From: Desulfomonilia bacterium
GTDB taxonomy: Bacteria > Desulfobacterota > Desulfomonilia > UBA1062
Direction of reading: 5' to 3'
Length of the DNA stretch: 64,000 nt
NCBI GenBank assembly: GCA_963664325.2
Contig: CAXXDQ010000004.1
Coordinates: forward strand, 576,001 to 640,000
In this document: positions 8,899 through 16,448 of the stretch, in pieces
How positions within the stretch are numbered: position 1 is the first letter of the stretch
Layout of the letters: the number at the start of each line of letters is the position of its first letter
Notes under the pieces: model-generated
The model's input: the letters and a program-made list of their open reading frames with translations, nothing else
What the model was told of the DNA's origin: nothing
The model's database searches: none
Made by a program: the position numbers and the translations under genes

Positions 8899-11181
8899 TT
8901 AAGACGTGTTCGGGATTTCCGAATTTGATTTTATGTCTTTAAGGAGTGTTTCAATTCTGTCATTCCACATGAGACACCGAACGCTCTCACGGTTATTAGC
9001 GCGTAAATTTCTGTCGGATATCGTTAAACCGGCGCTTCTGAGGAGTTGTCCCAGGGCCTTCGGAGTTGAAATCCTATGATCCGAACGACAATTTTCATGA
9101 AATTTATCGTAAATATATCCGATAGCAAGACGCCCGTTATCAACATCGGGACGTAATTTTTGAAGTGTTTCGATTAAATATTTTAATTGGCCGCTTGCTT
9201 CAAACTTTGATTTGATCGGCTTTTCAGTAGTCAGCATCTCACATGCATCAACAACGTTCGACATATAGAATTTTGCAGCCTCGATACCTGCTGCGACTTC
9301 AGGGACACCCAAAGTCCCGGTTGGTTCTAAGCCTTGCACAAATTGAGACAGGCAATATAAAATTCCTGAAAGCCTTAATGCGTATGAAATCATTTTCGGA
9401 ACGAAACCTTGAAAGATGGGCGGCAGATAGCGCAACCAAGAAAAAAGCTCGTTTCTCCAATCACTAAGGAAATCAAACGCAGGATCGTCGAATTTTAAAA
9501 AGACACCGGAACCGGAACCCCGCGAATCAGCCCAAATCATCGCAGCTTTGAGGGTATACTCCCAGATAGCCCTGTTTTCTTCGGTCCAGATTTCTGAAGT
9601 AAGCAGAGGCAACGGACCGCCACTATCAGTGGTTAATAAAAAGCGGTACATTGTTCCGTCAGCTTGATATAACTTGTTTTTCCCACTAAACATCCTGCGC
9701 CAAACCTCGGGTTGGACGCCGCCGAAAATTGATATCCTTGCATTTCTGATCAGGCGGGTCTTCTCAGCATCTGCACGTACGATTCGCGCTGGCTTCCCGT
9801 CCCAGAGCGTCAACCACGCTTCACGATCAGCGCCCGGTTTATATGCATTCTGACTACTCAAAAAGGCGCTGAGTTCAGCGAGGATCGCCACGATACCGCC
9901 ATGTTCTGAAATATCTTTTTGGATTCCTTCAAGTGTCAAGTCCGTTACAAAATACCCCCTCGCCCTCTCTGGCTTATCCTGCTGCGCCTTCTCCTTTGGT
10001 TTAAACTTGTTCCAGTCACTGAGCGCCTTTTCATAAATTTGATTTGCCTGATTTTGTGTTTCATACAACAAACGGCAAAGTGAACTCGCCGCTGGGGTTT
10101 TGCCAGCTCCAGAACCCCTTATGTCCCCAATCCAAAAAATTAAAGGTTCGCTCCAGGAGCTTTTTACCTTAACAGTAATGGTCGATCCGAGTAATGACGC
10201 CAAAATGCAAAAAGCCACTCCCGGCAGGGCATCCGGGGTGGTTGCATGAGACCGGGCCAGTTGTTGAAGGCTTCTGCCGATGGATTTCGGCAAGATTTTG
10301 AATGGGAAGCTAATACGAGGGAATAAATGCCGGGCAAGTTCCCAATCTTTGAGCGGTGCGGGTTCACATGACAGCAACGGTTCCCAGCCAGGCGCGGCCT
10401 CAACAAGTGCCAGAAGTTCGGCTTTGCCGTTTCCGGCATCTTTCCAATCTATGATGTCTCCCTTTTCAGAAAGTCCCGGCAGGTCTATAACCTTTAGAGA
10501 AGCCACCTTGCACTGGAGTCCAGATGTGAGCATGTCCCGATAAATGCGGCCCGCTGTGTCATTGTCTGGGAGAATAATGATGTTCTTGCCGGACAAGTGC
10601 TCTATCATGCTTTCACTCAATTTACTGTTAGAGCCTGAATCAAGCGAAGTGCTGCATAAATCCCAGGAGTTTAAAAGATCGGCTTTTTTTTCACCTTCAA
10701 CAATGTAAACAATTTCAGCTTTATTGACGCCCGGCAAGTTATAGAGGACAGACTCACAGCCGCGCCCTGTTGCGTTGCCGTGTTTGAATATAAATTCCTT
10801 GGTGCGTCCTTCCCTGCCAGGTTCGAGACGTATTTTATAATAAAGCACTTTTCCGCTTTCATCGTGGTATTTATACCGACCCGTTTCGGTCTGCTTGACA
10901 GGGGGGGCGGGTTCTGGGTCCAGGTATTTTGCAGCCAGGCTCTTGAGGTCGAGGCCTTCTAATTTCATGTGAAAATCGACAATATCGCCACCTTTCGGCG
11001 AACATTTTCGACAAAGATAGCGGCCTTCCTTAACAAAATAAACAAAGCCGTCGTTATGAGCATCACAGCAAGGGAAGGGGCAAGGTCCTGCAAACTCATT
11101 TGCATTTTTCCTCTTTAAGTCAGGTAATATTTCACATATTGAGGGCAAAGAATTTTTCAGCTTTTTAATATCAATCGACAT
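8899..11181 (-). CDS. Primase-helicase: Zn-ribbon + TOPRIM + DUF3987/YfjI-type P-loop domain
   Basis: GPCPFPC..CRKC, VEGEKKAD, LPDND..G, GDIIDW and Walker A GSGAGKT; likely start MSIDIKK at 11181. Confidence 0.88.
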   Translation of the reverse strand: MSIDIKKLKNSLPSICEILPDLKRKNANEFAGPCPFPCCDAHNDGFVYFVKEGRYLCRKCSPKGGDIVDFHMKLEGLDLKSLAAKYLDPEPAPPVKQTETGRYKYHDESGKVLYYKIRLEPGREGRTKEFIFKHGNATGRGCESVLYNLPGVNKAEIVYIVEGEKKADLLNSWDLCSTSLDSGSNSKLSESMIEHLSGKNIIILPDNDTAGRIYRDMLTSGLQCKVASLKVIDLPGLSEKGDIIDWKDAGNGKAELLALVEAAPGWEPLLSCEPAPLKDWELARHLFPRISFPFKILPKSIGRSLQQLARSHATTPDALPGVAFCILASLLGSTITVKVKSSWSEPLIFWIGDIRGSGAGKTPAASSLCRLLYETQNQANQIYEKALSDWNKFKPKEKAQQDKPERARGYFVTDLTLEGIQKDISEHGGIVAILAELSAFLSSQNAYKPGADREAWLTLWDGKPARIVRADAEKTRLIRNARISIFGGVQPEVWRRMFSGKNKLYQADGTMYRFLLTTDSGGPLPLLTSEIWTEENRAIWEYTLKAAMIWADSRGSGSGVFLKFDDPAFDFLSDWRNELFSWLRYLPPIFQGFVPKMISYALRLSGILYCLSQFVQGLEPTGTLGVPEVAAGIEAAKFYMSNVVDACEMLTTEKPIKSKFEASGQLKYLIETLQKLRPDVDNGRLAIGYIYDKFHENCRSDHRISTPKALGQLLRSAGLTISDRNLRANNRESVRCLMWNDRIETLLKDIKSNSEIPNTS

Positions 11182-11449
11182 GTTTTTCACCCTTCTTGTT
11201 ACCAATCCCGGCCCGGTTCGGATTTCTGCCGAAACGATAATTGTGAAGGTCACACCTGACGATTGGGCAGAGTTTCACCTCAGAAACGCACCCGACACAA
11301 CAGGAAAGGCAATGTGCCCGGATAGCTTTAAGAGGGGACAATTTGACAACCTGAATTTTGTGCGATAATACGATTTCATCATTTAGCTTTGCCTCGGATT
11401 TACCCCCCGCGCCGCTGTAATCGGCTCGGGGTTCATTTTCGCGATTCAT
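11171..11449 (-). CDS. Small Cys-rich phage-type protein
   Basis: SPLKAIRAHCLSCC..EVKLC....CDLHNYRFG; ATG at 11449 with GAGG RBS; overlaps primase start. Confidence 0.75.
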   Translation of the reverse strand: MNRENEPRADYSGAGGKSEAKLNDEIVLSHKIQVVKLSPLKAIRAHCLSCCVGCVSEVKLCPIVRCDLHNYRFGRNPNRAGIGNKKGEKHVD

Positions 11450-11456
11450 AGCATCC

Positions 11457-11651
11457 TCAACGGTTTTCAGGGTCAACACGGTGCTTGTTCATGTACAATT
11501 CCAGATCCTCAACTTTGTAGCGAATAGACGCGCCAATACGATGATATGCAGGCCCCCGGCCCAACTGTCGGTAGTTCCTCAAAGTTTGAGTTGCCAGACC
11601 GATGATTTTTGCAGCTTCTTTGTCATTGACATAAGTTTGAACATTTAACAT
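11457..11651 (-). CDS. AlpA/HTH_17 excisionase-like DNA-binding protein
   Basis: KEAAKIIGLATQTLRNYRQLGRGPAYHRIGASIRY; GGAGG RBS before ATG 11651. Confidence 0.88.
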   Translation of the reverse strand: MLNVQTYVNDKEAAKIIGLATQTLRNYRQLGRGPAYHRIGASIRYKVEDLELYMNKHRVDPENR

Positions 11652-11825
11652 TTTAAACCTCCACTTATTTGTAGTTAATAAGCGTATACCGGATTGAAAA
11701 TGGTCTTTTGGCAAATAGACGGAAATTAGAAATAATTATAAAATATTTATCTTTTAATATAATTAATATGTTAGAAGACGATCACAGGAAATTATCAAGA
11801 AATCATTGGCAAATTATAAGGATGT

Positions 11826-12623
11826 TTATCTTCCTTTTTTATGTTTATTAAAACACCTTCGAAAATAGTCTTTTGTCATACGATCTATCTCACGATTCCC
11901 TTTTTTTATGACAATATCACCTTCTTTTGTAGTCTCGCGTGCGTAATAACATGAGGATATTTTATAACGATTTTTGATATAATCAAATGCAGCAGAAGCC
12001 TTCATATCAGGATTATTGGGTTCCTCATCAAGCAATTTATCAAATAAGGCTTTTCTTGGTGTGTAGTCTTTTCTTGTTTCTTTCTCGCTAGGTTTTTTAC
12101 CTATTTCCTCTTTAGAGTTGATTCTCGGTGTAGGTATTAATACAAGAAAGGGGTCCGGTATTCTTAAACCTCGTGTTTTCGCCCATTGTATAAATTCACT
12201 CGGTTCAATCACATACCGCTTAGGTGCTTCCTTTACTATCTTCCACCCGAGCGGAGAACACGCCATGTATTTCATATTCTTTATCATAGGTGAGGGATCA
12301 ATTACACCATGCTTAAGCGTACCAAGTGCAATGCCCGTGTAGATTTCATTATCTAGTGATCTTCCGGTGTCCCAAAAATCATTCATTCCACGAATTGTTA
12401 TAACCTTGAGTTCGACATCTGATTCAGCCTTGTCATATTCAGCACGCTCAACCTTACCCATAAAAACGTTACGCAATAACCGGGGCTCTAAGTTCATCAT
12501 CAATGATACTGGCTCTGCAAAATAATATTGCCCCGGAATATAGTTCCATGCAGACTGCTTGATCCAATAATCATAGTCCGGCATCAAGTCATCATTATCA
12601 TCGTTAAAAAATGGCACTGTCAT
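11826..12623 (-). CDS. Hypothetical protein with basic C-terminus (possible regulator of the alpA-primase operon)
   Basis: 265-aa ORF with AGGAGG RBS; position upstream of alpA. Confidence 0.75.
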   Translation of the reverse strand: MTVPFFNDDNDDLMPDYDYWIKQSAWNYIPGQYYFAEPVSLMMNLEPRLLRNVFMGKVERAEYDKAESDVELKVITIRGMNDFWDTGRSLDNEIYTGIALGTLKHGVIDPSPMIKNMKYMACSPLGWKIVKEAPKRYVIEPSEFIQWAKTRGLRIPDPFLVLIPTPRINSKEEIGKKPSEKETRKDYTPRKALFDKLLDEEPNNPDMKASAAFDYIKNRYKISSCYYARETTKEGDIVIKKGNREIDRMTKDYFRRCFNKHKKGR

Positions 12624-12644
12624 TTTTGCGCCTCCTGTATGCGC

Positions 12645-12715
12645 CCTGAAACTGTCAGAGGAAAGCGGGCTCAGGATTGCCCGCCTTGTCGGTTATGATT
12701 CTACCTCTGAAAGTT
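12645..12715. ncRNA. C4-antisense-like structured RNA (putative)
   Basis: Outer stem TCAGAGG/CCTCTGA, inner hairpin GCGGGC-TCAGGATT-GCCCGC, loop TCAGG complementary to CCTGA at 12645-12649. Confidence 0.5.
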
Positions 12716-12719
12716 CGTA

Positions 12720-13004
12720 TCATGCAGCTTTCAATATAGTAATCTTGTGATTCTTTTGTCCCGCTGTCCACAAATCGAGCTTCCCCTGCATTTGTAACCA
12801 GCTTTCCGGAGTGGTATCGGTTGCCTTACCTATCCTGATAGCCATATCTGGACTTAATGCAACACGACCATTAACCAGTTCACTCAAAGCCTTTCTGCTT
12901 ACACCAAGATGCTTTGATGCATCAGTTATAGTAATGCCAAGAGGCTTTAAAACATCCTCACTAAATACAACTCCGGGATGCGTAGGCTTTCTTCTTGTTA
13001 TCAT
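12720..13004 (-). CDS. higA: HigA family antitoxin (HTH)
   Basis: PTHPGVVF.E..L, LGVSRKALSELVNG, SPDMAIR and PESWL.MQ motifs. Confidence 0.92.
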   Translation of the reverse strand: MITRRKPTHPGVVFSEDVLKPLGITITDASKHLGVSRKALSELVNGRVALSPDMAIRIGKATDTTPESWLQMQGKLDLWTAGQKNHKITILKAA

Positions 13005-13017
13005 GTCTTAATCTCCC

Positions 13018-13296
13018 TTAATGGTAGTCCTGGTAATCAACCAGGACTGCATCATTTCCTTCAAACTTGAATGTCACCCGCCAATTGCCGTTTACCCACA
13101 CTGACCACATGCCTTGCATATCGCCTTTCAATTCATGAAGCTTATACGCCGGAAGGTTCATATCCTGTGGACACATTGAAGCATCAAGTCTGTCAAGAAT
13201 ACGTTCAAGCTTCGCAGTATGATCGGGCATGATTCCTTTTTTGCTTCCCTCAATAAAAAACTTCTCAAGCCCTTTGTGTTTGAAAGACTTAATCAT
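13018..13296 (-). CDS. higB: HigB family toxin (RelE/ParE superfamily)
   Basis: MIKSFKHKGL, LHELKG, WSVWVNGNWRVTF and DYQDYH motifs; toxin precedes antitoxin. Confidence 0.93.
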   Translation of the reverse strand: MIKSFKHKGLEKFFIEGSKKGIMPDHTAKLERILDRLDASMCPQDMNLPAYKLHELKGDMQGMWSVWVNGNWRVTFKFEGNDAVLVDYQDYH

Positions 13297-13312
13297 GAAA
13301 GGCTTAATATCA

Positions 13313-13331
13313 TGTCACCTTATAGGTTACA
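13313..13331. promoter_or_regulatory. Putative HigA operator
   Basis: Inverted repeat TGTCACCT-TAT-AGGTTACA (7 of 8 pairs) just upstream of higB. Confidence 0.6.
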
Positions 13332-13356
13332 ACGGTAAGTTTAAAAAGTAATTTTT

Positions 13357-13665
13357 CTAATCTGGTTCGATCCCTATTTTTAGTATGCGGTATAATTCGC
13401 AGTCAGATGCCTTAATTGCATCAAGATCAAGCATAATTATTGTTTTATCCTTAGCATTTATAGGCCATAAGGCAACAGATGAACCCTGAATCATTAAACG
13501 CCTTAATAGATATTCCCCATCCTTTTTATATATTACCTGCTGTTTGTGTATTGGTTTGTCGACCGGCTCAATAAGCAATGAAATTCCATTGACGTATTTC
13601 GGAAAAAACATATCACCTGTAACATTGAAACTAAAAATATTTTTGGCCTTTTCCGCTTGTTTCAT
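13357..13665 (-). CDS. Stand-alone degenerate S24/LexA-type peptidase domain
   Basis: FSFNVTGDMFFPKY..G..LLIEP, DGEYLLRRL and LWPIN resemble the S24 pattern F.L.V.GDSM.P...G / T.KRL / L.P.N. Confidence 0.6.
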   Translation of the reverse strand: MKQAEKAKNIFSFNVTGDMFFPKYVNGISLLIEPVDKPIHKQQVIYKKDGEYLLRRLMIQGSSVALWPINAKDKTIIMLDLDAIKASDCELYRILKIGIEPD

Positions 13666-13718
13666 TTTCTACCCCTCCCTCTAATCTATATTTTGCGTCC
13701 TTGAAGACTTATTTTTGT

Positions 13719-14924
13719 TCATGCGCTTTTTAATGAAATCGCCTTGTCTATAATGTCCCCCACTATGCCGGATGCTTTCTTTAAAGCGTCATCCCTCAGA
13801 TGGGCATATCGTTGCGTCATCCTAAAATCCTTGTGCGTCATGAGCTTCTGTAAGGTGTAGATATCAACCTGACCGGATGAAGCCAGCATCGAAGCATAGG
13901 CGTGCCTTAAACCGTGCATGGGGCGGAAATTCTTGGGCAATCCCGCCCTCTGTTTTATCCTTGTCACGACATGATATATCTGTGCGCGCTGATTTCCCTT
14001 ATCTCCAGGGAACACAAACGGGCTTTCCGTTTTCTCGATGGAACTTAAAAGTTCTCCGGCCTTTTCGCTTATCGGGATCATGGCGTTGCGGCCACCCTTG
14101 GGGTTCCTTATCATTATGAAGCCTGTATTGAAGTTTATATCATTCCACTTTAGCTTTAAGAGTTCGCCGCGCCGCATGCCTGTATGCAGGGCCATGAGCA
14201 TCATGTTTGCTACTGTCCGGTTCGGATCCGCCTCTATCGCTATCAGAAGCCTTCTCAACTCGTCCGGTGAAAGGTCTTCCGTAACCACATTATCAACACG
14301 GGGCTTCTGGATTGAAAAGCCAAGGCCTTCAGTAAGGCCTTTCTTGTAACCGTAGTTCGCAATCCTGGTTATCAGATTAAGCACATGCTTGACCGTCTGT
14401 GGTTTGTGCGTCTTGCTCAATTTTATGCGAATCCTGTCAATGTCCAGGGAGACAATTTCATGAGGCTGTTTGACTCCAAGGGGTTTCTCGATGAACTTCC
14501 TGTATCTCGATATATCAATCTGAGCGGGTTTCTTGAACCTCATTTCGGCAATGATCTTGTCAAGGTCGTCGTCTTTAATTTCCTTGTCGGCGAGCTCCTT
14601 CTCATCGGTAGTTGATTTCTCTTTAATGTATCTTCCGAACAAGCGGTTAAACGTCCAGCTTGAATCTCCTGCCCTCCTTGCTGCCTCTTCTTCTGCCCGG
14701 CGCTCTACATTAGTTCTTTGCCGCCCTTCAAGTTTTTCAACTCTGAGACTGTTTGCCCTTGCAGGTGTCATATCGTCCTGCTTCTGCCAGCCCGCCTTTT
14801 CCTCAACAAGCTTACCGTTCTTCCTGTAACGGATATAGTAAACCTTCTCTATGCCCGTTTCACCTTGCGCGTTTATGTAGAACACTCCGGGATATTTTGT
14901 TTTGTGTCTTACCATTTTCGACAT
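13719..14924 (-). CDS. Tyrosine recombinase/integrase
   Basis: Catalytic motifs TGMRRGEL, HGLRH, LMTH and RYAH; adjacent to attR. Confidence 0.96.
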   Translation of the reverse strand: MSKMVRHKTKYPGVFYINAQGETGIEKVYYIRYRKNGKLVEEKAGWQKQDDMTPARANSLRVEKLEGRQRTNVERRAEEEAARRAGDSSWTFNRLFGRYIKEKSTTDEKELADKEIKDDDLDKIIAEMRFKKPAQIDISRYRKFIEKPLGVKQPHEIVSLDIDRIRIKLSKTHKPQTVKHVLNLITRIANYGYKKGLTEGLGFSIQKPRVDNVVTEDLSPDELRRLLIAIEADPNRTVANMMLMALHTGMRRGELLKLKWNDINFNTGFIMIRNPKGGRNAMIPISEKAGELLSSIEKTESPFVFPGDKGNQRAQIYHVVTRIKQRAGLPKNFRPMHGLRHAYASMLASSGQVDIYTLQKLMTHKDFRMTQRYAHLRDDALKKASGIVGDIIDKAISLKSA

Positions 14925-14944
14925 ATTTACCCCTTCCCTATTGA

Positions 14945-14970
14945 GTTGTTCCCCACACTATTCCCCACAC
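14945..14970. promoter_or_regulatory. Putative integrase arm-type binding sites (right)
   Basis: GTTGTTCCCCACACTATTCCCCACAC just upstream of the integrase start; matches 7199..7222. Confidence 0.7.
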
Positions 14971-15098
14971 CTAAAAGACATTTATAAGTAATTTGAAGTA
15001 ATGTCAAGTTAATGATAAACTCTTTATAATGGCTTATATGGCCTTTCTAGGGGTGCAATAAGTAAAACAGGGTAAACAGATAAAAAGGCGCTATAGTT

Positions 15099-15146
15099 GG
15101 CCTTTCACGCCGGCAACAGGGGTTCGAATCCCCTTGGGGACGCCAA
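15099..15146 (+). repeat. attR core (duplicated 3' half of tRNA-Glu)
   Basis: 48-bp exact repeat of 7098..7145. Confidence 0.95.
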
Positions 15147-15155
15147 CAAAATTCT

Positions 15156-15186
15156 AAGGGACAAGAGATGAACTTGTCCCTTTTTT
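15156..15186 (+). terminator. Probable original tRNA operon terminator, displaced by the insertion
   Basis: AAGGGACAAG-N7-CTTGTCCCTT followed by Ts directly after attR. Confidence 0.8.
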
Positions 15187-15232
15187 CTATTTATGCTTGC
15201 AATATGCGCCTTGAAAGTATTTATTTTTAAGA

Positions 15233-16369
15233 ATGGAACCTAATGCCGGCAGAATACATTATATCGATAACGTAAGGATAGCCCTGATAATACTTGTCCT
15301 GGTTCATCATGTTGGCCAGGCCTATGGGCCGACAGGCGGATGGTGGGCATACCAGGAACCGGAACGGGCCAGAATCCTTGGCATTTTCTTTACTGTTAAC
15401 CGCTCTTTTTTCATGAGCCTCTTTTTCTTTTTATCGGGCTACTTTATGCCGGGTGCATTTGACAAAAAAGGGCCGGCAAAATTTCTGGCAGACAGGTTCA
15501 AACGCCTCGGAATCCCGCTGCTGGTTTTCTTTCTGGCGATAATACCGGTGATACACTACTGCTATTTCCTGAACTTCAGGCATTATGGGTATATCGGGTT
15601 TTTTGATTACTATAAAAACTTCTGGTTCGGTCTGGGGATGAAACCCTTGGACTGGTCAGGACCCGCCTGGCCTGAACTGAATTTTGCACAGCTATGGTTC
15701 GTTGAGCACCTGCTCATTTATGCATGTTTTTATGCACTCTGGCGATTTATAAGAAAGGGGCCGACCGGGCGGGAAATGAATGCCCCGCTGCCGAAAGCCT
15801 GGCAGATCGTGGCATATTCTCTCATTATAATGGTCATAACTGCCCTTGTCAGAATCCCTTATCCGATCGATAAGTGGATAGGCTTTCTGGGATTCATTCA
15901 GGTCGCCTTTGCCGATGTCCCGCGTGATCTTGGCTGGTTCATAATGGGAGTTGTTGCGTACAGGAAAAACTGGATTGACCGGTTCCCGGCAAAGTCCGGT
16001 TTTACCTGGCTGGGCATAGGTTTCGGTTTGTCCCTTCTTTACAGTTTCCTGGCCTGGTTCAGGGTCTTTCCATATGAAATATACGTATTATGGGAAACGT
16101 TTCTCTGCACAGGCTTTTGCATAGGATTCTGCATCCTGTTCAGGGAAAAATTTGGCGGCTCAAACAGGTTAACCGTTGAGATGGGGCTTTGCACCTATGG
16201 CGTTTATCTTTTCCATGTGCCGATACTGATAATTTTCCAGTACATGTTTGCGGGAGTCCAGGCAGGGCCGCTTGTGAAATTTGCCTGCGTGTCCGTCATT
16301 GCGACAATAGTTACATTTGCGTTTACTGCCGTTCTGAGACGGCTGCCTCTTGCAAGGGAAGTAATATAG
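15233..16369 (+). CDS. Acyltransferase-3 family membrane protein (OpgC/MdoC-like)
   Basis: RIHYIDNVR..LIILVLVHH, FFMSLFFFLSGYF, RFKRLGIP, LWFV and YGVYLFH motifs; many TM segments. Confidence 0.9.
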   Translation: MEPNAGRIHYIDNVRIALIILVLVHHVGQAYGPTGGWWAYQEPERARILGIFFTVNRSFFMSLFFFLSGYFMPGAFDKKGPAKFLADRFKRLGIPLLVFFLAIIPVIHYCYFLNFRHYGYIGFFDYYKNFWFGLGMKPLDWSGPAWPELNFAQLWFVEHLLIYACFYALWRFIRKGPTGREMNAPLPKAWQIVAYSLIIMVITALVRIPYPIDKWIGFLGFIQVAFADVPRDLGWFIMGVVAYRKNWIDRFPAKSGFTWLGIGFGLSLLYSFLAWFRVFPYEIYVLWETFLCTGFCIGFCILFREKFGGSNRLTVEMGLCTYGVYLFHVPILIIFQYMFAGVQAGPLVKFACVSVIATIVTFAFTAVLRRLPLAREVI

Positions 16370-16448
16370 AATCATCCTGTCCTGCCTGCATCAATTGATA
16401 AAGAATCCTTTTTTTGTACCGGCGGCAGGAGAGGGAGGATTAAAAAAA

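Noticed and set aside
15099-15146. Second tRNA-Glu
   Set aside because: Only the 3' half is present; it is the attR duplication.
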